The position numbers were made by a program, and so were the translations under genes. The notes under the pieces are model-generated. The model saw nothing but the letters and a program-made list of their open reading frames with translations. It was not told where the DNA came from and did no database searches. A DNA stretch of 64,000 nucleotides from Macrostomum hystrix (lineage: Eukaryota; Animalia; Platyhelminthes): the NCBI GenBank assembly GCA_950097015.1, contig CATNEN010000001.1:5828001-5892000 (forward strand), given 5' to 3'. Positions 58,001-64,000 of the stretch are shown here, one piece after another (position 1 is the stretch's first letter; every line of letters starts with the position of its first letter).

Positions 58001-60804
58001 TGGTAGACAGGGTTGATATGGTAGACAAGGTAGATAGGGTAGACAGGGTAGATAGGGTAGACACGGTAGATATGGTAGACAGGGTTGATATGGTAGACAA
58101 GGTAGATAGGGTAGACAGGGTAGATAGGGTAGACACGGTAGATATGGTAGACAGGGTTGATATGGTAGAAAGGGTAGAAATGGTAGATAGGGTAGACAGG
58201 GTAGATAGGGTAGACAGCGTAGATATGGTAGATATGGTAGACAGAATAGACTTTTAGATATGGTAGACAGGGTTGATATGGTAGAAAGGGTAGAAAGGGT
58301 AGAGAGGGTAGACATGGTAGACGGGGTAGATATGGTAGACAGGGTAGATATAGTAGATACGGTTTATCAGGTAGACGGGGTAGACGGTGTAGAAAAGAAG
58401 ACAGATAAGACAGGGAAAAGGTAGGTATAGCAGGCGGGATCAAAGTGAATGGAGAACTGAGACTGAGAGACAAGCACAGTTGAGACAGAACAGGCACTAG
58501 ATATCGCCTCGTCTCATTTGACGGCTAGTTAAAAAGCGAGCAAAAAACACACAATTTTAAAGAAAAAAAGTTTTGCTCGACATTGTAAAAGCCGGGACTC
58601 AAAGTCGGTGAGCACGCTTAGCAATCAGGATTCGGTCAGGGAGGATGGGGGTTGGTTGGGGATTCGAACGGAGGGGAGGAAGAGACTAGAAGTTAGTAAG
58701 ATTCTCTAATTTCACGCTTCAATAGCAAAACCGTGGCTAGCTTGACCTCGACTGCAAGTTGAATTCAGATTAAGCATTAACCCGCTTTGCCGTGTTACAT
58801 AATTTTATAACATCAATAGTACATTTTTTAGAACACTTCATCCAGTAATATAGGAGAGACTAGAGATGTGAATTTTCTTCAACTTATAAATCAATTTGAT
58901 TCAACTCAGGGATCTTTACTTTAAAACCACCATTGTAAAACCACCACCATTCCAGTCACTTAACTTTCCAGTCACTTAACTTTCCAGTCACTTAACTTTC
59001 CAGTCACTTAACTTTCCAGTCAATTCACTTTCCAGTCAATTCACTTTCCAGTCACTTAACTTTCCAGTCAATTCACTTTCCAGTCAATTCACTTTCCAGT
59101 CACTTAACTTTCCAGTCACTTAACTTTCCAGTCACTTAACTTTCCAGTCAATTCACTTTCCAGTCAATTCACTTTCCAGTCACTTAACTTTCCAGTCAAT
59201 TCACTTTCCAGTCACTTAACTTTCCAGTCAATTCACTTTCCAGTCAATTCACTTTCCAGTCACTTAACTTTCCAGTCACTTAACTTTCCAGTCACTTAAC
59301 TTTCCAGTCAATTCACTTTCCAGTCACTTAACTTTCCAGTCACTTAACTTTCCAGTCAATTCACTTTCCAGTCAATTCACTTTCCAGTCAATTCACTTTC
59401 CAGTCACTTAACTTTCCAGTCAATTCACTTTCCAGTCAATTCACTTTCCAGTCACTTAACTTTCCTGTCACTTAACTTTCCAGTCACTTAACTTTCCAGT
59501 CACTTAACTTTCCAGTCAATTCACTTTCCAGTCACTTAACTTTCCTGTCACTTAACTTTCCAGTCACTTAACTTTCCAGTCACTTAACTTTCCAGTCAAT
59601 TCACTTTCCAGTCAATTCACTTTCCAGTCACTTAACTTTCCAGTCAATTCACTTTCCAGTCAATTCACTTTCCAGTCACTTAACTTTCCAGTCACTTAAC
59701 TTTCCAGTCACTTAACTTTCCAGTCAATTCACTTTCCAGTCAATTCACTTTCCAGTCACTTAACTTTCCAGTCAATTCACTTTCCAGTCACTTAACTTTC
59801 CAGTCAATTCACTTTCCAGTCAATTCACTTTCCAGTCACTTAACTTTCCAGTCACTTAACTTTCCAGTCACTTAACTTTCCAGTCAATTCACTTTCCAGT
59901 CACTTAACTTTCCAGTCACTTAACTTTCCAGTCAATTCACTTTCCAGTCAATTCACTTTCCAGTCAATTCACTTTCCAGTCACTTAACTTTCCAGTCACT
60001 TAACTTTCCAGTCAATTCACTTTCCAGTCACTTAACTTTCCAGTCACTTAACTTTCCAGTCAATTCACTTTCCAGTCACTTAACTTTCCAGTCAATTCAC
60101 TTTCCAGTCACTTAACTTTCCAGTCACTTAACTTTCCAGTCAATTCACTTTCCAGTCACTTAACATCCCATCTATTTCATGAATGAATTTGCAGCTTATA
60201 ATGGGATTCAGATCAAGGTAAAAATAACTAACGAACCATCATGGACCTACCCTAATCCGAATGGGAATACGTTTTTTATAAGGATTATACTCGCATTACC
60301 TAATCAATCTAATTTAGTTCTCTTTGATCTAGAGTGAAATGAAAATGTCTAGTAGGGGTTAAAATAAGAACATCATTCAATCCAAATCTCAATTAATCAA
60401 TTTAAAATAAATCTGACAAGACATAGCAACAGGAAAGAAAGGAACAATATATAAACTGAATCACACTATCAATCTTTTTCAGTACTAATTTCAGCCTTAT
60501 CAGTTTGACATAGTCAGTGGTAAGAATTTGTTAATTCTAATTTAGTTAACAAATCGACAGTTATAGTTGGCATGGAATCTCTACAGCTGTTGAAAAACTC
60601 ACGAATACACAAAAAATAAATCTAGCGGAAAAAATGGACAAAAAATTATTCGCGGCAATCACTTACCATGGCCGTTTTCTCATCCTGAGCCACCATATGA
60701 GTGTAGACAATATTAACCAGATCTGTGCCAGAACAGATGGTTACTACCCGGTTGTCAAGGGCGCCAGTACCGCGCTCCGATAAATTGTTGATGATTTTGT
60801 CCTC
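40058..60804 (-). CDS. PLCB4: Phosphoinositide phospholipase C beta-4/norpA-like, 5'-partial (~1180 codons in window)
   Basis: Exons are 60804-60667, 56950-56871, 56762-56627, 54972-54705, 54142-53838 ([23 protein letters not shown] box), 53681-53602, 53079-52995, 52832-52742, 52308-51884 (X-Y linker), 51554-51413, [51285-51201 or 49905-49821], 49542-49366 ([35 protein letters not shown] box), 48678-48122 (C2), 47108-46688, 44597-44540, 43574-43152 (coiled-coil CTD) and 40126-40058 (..KPSTVV*). All phases are consistent. No N-terminal exons were found in the window. Confidence 0.95.
43650..44425. repeat. 24-bp minisatellite filling a PLC intron
   Basis: About 32 copies of AAGACGCTTCGAACTWCATYAMAC. 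Confidence 0.97.
45320..45905. repeat. ~37-bp minisatellite in a PLC intron
   Basis: About 16 copies of CCAGCCAGACCATAGAAAACACCCACCCACCCCAAAT. Confidence 0.95.
47225..47405 (+). mobile_element. SINE family A, partial copy
   Basis: GCGGTTATCGCGTTTGGCTCTCGCACCAAGGTCCCTGAGC..GCTTGTCGTGCAATTAACGCCC..GTACACTGCCTGACGATGAGAAAGTCAGGGCA. Confidence 0.75.
48820..49320 (+). mobile_element. Composite SINE: family B (tRNA-like head, CORE-like centre) joined to the 3' half of family A
   Basis: Head GTGGCGCCTAATGATTAGGGCGTCGGACTCGAAAATTGAAGGTCGGGGGTTCGATTACC, then GCAAGACACGTAACTCTGAATTGCTTCAGTTCACCTATCTG. The family A body runs from ~49095 to an AAT/TAT-rich tail. Confidence 0.7.
49574..49585 (-). other. 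U12-type (minor spliceosome) branch point TTTTCCTTAACC
   Basis: Consensus U12 branch site ~33 nt upstream of the AG at 49544-49543, with no polypyrimidine tract in between. Confidence 0.9.
49821..49905 (-). CDS. PLC-beta mutually exclusive exon B (85 nt), followed by a U12-type donor
   Basis: Encodes (E)[27 protein letters not shown](A). Acceptor AATTGTAG; donor GTATCCTTTT. Same length and phases as exon A. Confidence 0.85.
50160..50780. repeat. 27-bp minisatellite between the two mutually exclusive PLC exons
   Basis: About 21 copies of AAGAATTCAGCGGCATCCTTTGAAGAY, plus a degenerate copy at ~50760. Confidence 0.97.
51201..51285 (-). CDS. PLC-beta mutually exclusive exon A (85 nt), followed by a U12-type donor
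   Basis: Encodes (E)[27 protein letters not shown](N). Acceptor CCACTTCCAG; donor GTATCCTTTC. Confidence 0.9.
51670..51865 (+). mobile_element. SINE family A, internally deleted copy
   Basis: AACGCGTTTGCCTCTCACGAAAGTCCATGAGCTCGATTCCGCGGCG..GAGGGCCAACCTCC..GTACACTGCCTGACGATGAGAAAGTCAGGGCAG. Confidence 0.75.
53190..53522. repeat. 31-bp minisatellite in a PLC intron
   Basis: About 10 copies of GAGGATCTGAGAATCTGCCTAGCAACAATCT. Confidence 0.95.
54250..54600 (-). mobile_element. SINE family A, full-length copy in reverse orientation
   Basis: Reverse complement of the 60992-61320 and 36868-37195 copies, including the (AAT)n tail at ~54250. Confidence 0.8.
55245..56290. repeat. 27-bp minisatellite (GGGAATCTAGGAAATAATGGATTATTA) with degenerate flanks ~55050-56530
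   Basis: About 39 core copies in the PLC intron 54973-56626. Confidence 0.96.
57122..58390. repeat. 9-bp-based minisatellite (AGGGTAGAY/ATGGTAGAC) with higher-order blocks
   Basis: More than 130 degenerate 9-mers. The ORFs here are low-complexity artefacts. Confidence 0.95.
58950..60165. repeat. 16-bp two-variant minisatellite (CCAGTCA-CTTAA-CTTT / CCAGTCA-ATTCA-CTTT)
   Basis: About 75 copies of two interspersed unit types. Confidence 0.97.
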
Positions 60805-60991
60805 CTGTGTGGATGCAGATTGTTTGGGAGAGTGAGTAGATAGAAGTCACGTGACTGTATAATATTAAAGTGATTTAGTTTTTCATTATTGTTGCGATAG
60901 ACAGATACCATACTCAGCGAGTGACACAGCCGCAGCTATTGCACGACGCATCTAAAGACTGTGTAAAACTGCTCAGTCCATGGACTGAGAG

Positions 60992-61320
60992 GCAGAGTGG
61001 TTAATGCATTTGCTTCTCACACTAAGGACATTGAGCTTGATTCCGCGGCGAGGCCACATTCATTTGGGGCGCAGCCGCGGAGAGAAGGCTTGGAGGCTTG
61101 TCGTGCAACTAACGCCCTTGAGGGCCAACCTCCAAGGCACAGTGAAGTGTACACTGCCTGACGATGAGAAATTCAGGGCAGATGTGCACACCTGTGTGTG
61201 CGTGCGTGCTCAGGAGTCAGCGAAATGGGCGAAATTGCCTCCTCGCTGGTTGCGGATCTAGTATCACCAACTGATGTGTCATTGCCCGCAGCCCTCCTAC
61301 TATTATTATTACTATTATTA
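60992..61320 (+). mobile_element. SINE family A, full-length copy
   Basis: GCAGAGTGGTTAATGCATTTGCTTCTCACACTAAGGACATTGAGCTTGATTCCGCGGCGAGGCC head, shared body and a (TAT)n tail. Flanked by reverse fragments of family B. Confidence 0.8.
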
Positions 61321-63134
61321 GCCACAGGCTGTGTACAGCTGTTTAGTCCATAGACTGGCGAGAAATAAGTGTCTTCATAAAGACTTAAGAGCAAGTGTCT
61401 TCTAGTTTGATGCATTGTCTACAATTAAATATATATGATTGTATGACCATAATATCAGACAAGCTAGTCGGCTAGTCGAATGAAATTTTCGTTATGAACT
61501 CGCGGCTTAACTCTAAGCTGGATCACAGTCAGTTGGTTCGGTGGATTATTAAGCTTGCGGACTGGAGCAAGGTGAAAATGACACCGCTGCACAGAGAAGA
61601 TTAAACAGCCCCATAAGGCCAAGTCCCATATTTCTCCGCTTCTACTTCTTTAATCCCCTCGACACTGGGGAGCGGAGGATTTAGGGATTAATTGGGCACC
61701 GATGCTTCTAAAATCCTCTTTGTGCTTCTAAAATTTCTTTAGAACTGTGTAGATGTGTAGACAGTGTAGGTAAATGCTAAGAATTTCGCTAAATTTTTCT
61801 TCTAGGAAATTTTGTTGGAACTTTGACGCAGTGAGTGCAAAGTAAAATGAGACAAGCATTAGGAGAACATGATCCACAAACCCATGGAATAGCATTATTT
61901 GTACTTTTTAGCCCAGTAGCCCTGTGGCTTGAGCATCGGACTTCTGACCAGTAGGTCGGGAGTTTGAACCTCAGCGCGAGGGAATAAATTTGTGTAAGTC
62001 CATGGACTGAACAATTGCACACAGCAACAGGGCTAGGAATCCATATTATCTGTTCTCTTTTGATTGACAATAGATGATTAAAGCAAATCCTTCTCGCTCC
62101 TTAATGGGTCCCAAACAAGTCGAGGATCACATTCCACTCGCTTCGGTTCGAAATAAGCGTAAAAATATAAGCTCAAAGATTGATTTTAGCTTTGCGTCAA
62201 CTAAATATAGACGCTTTATTGCAAAGAATTTTTTTTAATCATATTAAAGGCAGCACTTTCCGTTTTCCAATAATAAGAGGACTGACAAATAGGCTTTTAC
62301 ACTCAATGCTCAATGCTTTTTGTTCACAACTTAAAAAATAACTGCTCATTTTCAACCCTTATTCTATCTACTATAATAGTATAAACATGGGCTGCCATAC
62401 TATCGCGGCCTCTCCACATTTCACCCCCATGGGAGACAGATTCCGAGTGGCTCGATCGAGTCAAGCCCCCTCGTCTAACACGCCGCCCTGTACCCATTGA
62501 GCAGTCTCTAACTACCATAAGGCGAAATGAGACACCGGGTTGAGTGGGCGGGTAAGGGAGGAATGCTTTTACTCTAGAAACTGTGCTCACTTCTCGTACT
62601 AGAAATCCGCCACACTGCGATGAATTCGACTACTCCCGTTAGTCGAAGCTAAGGATTCGTTTCCCTCCATTTGAGGGAAACGAATGGATTAAGGCTGCGG
62701 GGAGAAAGAAAAAATACGTCGAGAATACAAGAAGGTGGTGCAAAGCATGCCACCCACTTTTCCTCCCTCCCCTGTACCGCTTTTCAAGCCGGACACTTTC
62801 CCAGATCGTATTACTCTCACTCTCGATTAGGAAGTGAGAATAGGGCACATAGGATTACAACGGCGTCTAAGAAATCCTAGAAATCCTACGGAGAAGCGCA
62901 AAGACGTGACACTCTTTAGGTTTTGGTCACAGAATGGCGATCCATTTGTTGGCTTCCTCTCATTATAAGCAAACGTTGACAAAGTAGGCAAGGTGAAATT
63001 TCAATATAGGCACTCTGAAAATATTCAGAAAAACAACAGTTTTTACACTGATATCGACTATTTGTCTGTGGCATAACTCAACTGATCCTGAGTGCATTTC
63101 AGGAATCCAAAATCTGTTTTAATAATTACATCGG

Positions 63135-64000
63135 CTTTTGTCTATGGCATCATTGAACTGAAGCTGGGTGCAATTCAAGAATACACAATCTGTCTTTTAT
63201 GCTGACATCAGTTGTTGTCTATGGCATTACTCATCTGAAGCTGTGTGCAATTCAAGAATACACAATCTGTCTTTTATGTTGACATCAGTTGTTGTCTATG
63301 GCATTACTGATCTGAAGCTGTGTGCAATTCAAGAATACACAATCTGTCTTTTATGCTGACACCAGTTGATGTCTATGGCATTACTCATCTGAAGCTGTGT
63401 GCAATTCAAGAATACACAATCTGTCTTTTATGTTGACATCAGTTGTTGTCTATGGCATTACTGATCTGAAGCTGTGTGCAATTCAAGAATACACAATCTG
63501 TCTTTTATGCTGACATCAGTTGTTGTCTATGGCATTACTCATCTGAAGCTGTGTGCAATTCAAGAATACACAATCTGTCTTTTATGCTGACATCAGTTGT
63601 TGTCTATGGCATTACTGATCTGAAGCTGTGTGCAATTCAAGAATACACAATCTGTCTTTTATGCTGACATCAGTTGTTGTCTATGGCATTACTCATCTGA
63701 AGCTGTGTGCAATTCAAGAATACACAATCTGTCTTTTATGTTGACATCAGTTGTTGTCTATGGCATTACTGATCTGAAGCTGTGTGCAATTCAAGAATAC
63801 ACAATCTGTCTTTTATGCTGACACCAGTTGATGTCTATGGCATTACTCATCTGAAGCTGTGTGCAATTCAAGAATACACAATCTGTCTTTTATGCTGACA
63901 TCAGTTGTTGTCTATGGCATTACTGATCTGAAGCTGTGTGCAATTCAAGAATACACAATCTGTCTTTTATGCTGACATCAGTTGTTGTCTATGGCATTAC
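63135..64000. repeat. 77-bp satellite with a 154-bp dimeric higher-order unit, runs off the window end
   Basis: Units alternate ..ACTCATCTG.. and ..ACTGATCTG... Identical ORFs occur 154 bp apart, and degenerate copies start from ~63020. Confidence 0.96.

Noticed and set aside
61400-63100. Search for the missing PLC N-terminal exons and for genes among the short ORFs here (also 2856-3300 and 33174-37585)
   Set aside because: No recognisable PH-domain N-terminal peptide or other conserved motif was found. These are probably decayed repeats, and the first PLC exons probably lie beyond the window.

Overview
This is eukaryotic (metazoan) genomic DNA, not prokaryotic. It has spliceosomal introns, a TTAGGG-type telomeric motif and very dense minisatellites. 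The style is reminiscent of a free-living flatworm such as Macrostomum, but the taxon cannot be established from the sequence alone. Most ORFs in the supplied track are artefacts of tandem repeats. Exon-by-exon reconstruction gives four genes: (1) a pseudogene for a secreted PAN/Apple-like plus ALK/LTK-type glycine-rich protein (472-1760, +); (2) ARL8 (3 exons, -); (3) a ZDHHC5/8-type palmitoyltransferase (6 exons, +), head-to-head with ARL8; and (4) a 5'-partial PLC-beta4/norpA-type phospholipase C (at least 17 exons, -). The 11-kb fourth intron of the ZDHHC gene holds nested transposons: a Tc1-like element inside a SINE, and an apparently intact CACTA/EnSpm element inside a mariner with 201-bp TIRs. 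The most notable finding is in the PLC catalytic Y-box. Two paralogous 85-nt exons each have a major (U2)-type acceptor and a minor (U12)-type GTATCCTTT donor, and both feed one U12 branch point (TTTTCCTTAACC). This is a mutually exclusive exon pair that spliceosome incompatibility could enforce. The 27-bp minisatellite between the two exons carries about 20 copies of a sequence complementary to the U12 donor. About 20 unrelated minisatellites are present, most of them each filling its own intron.
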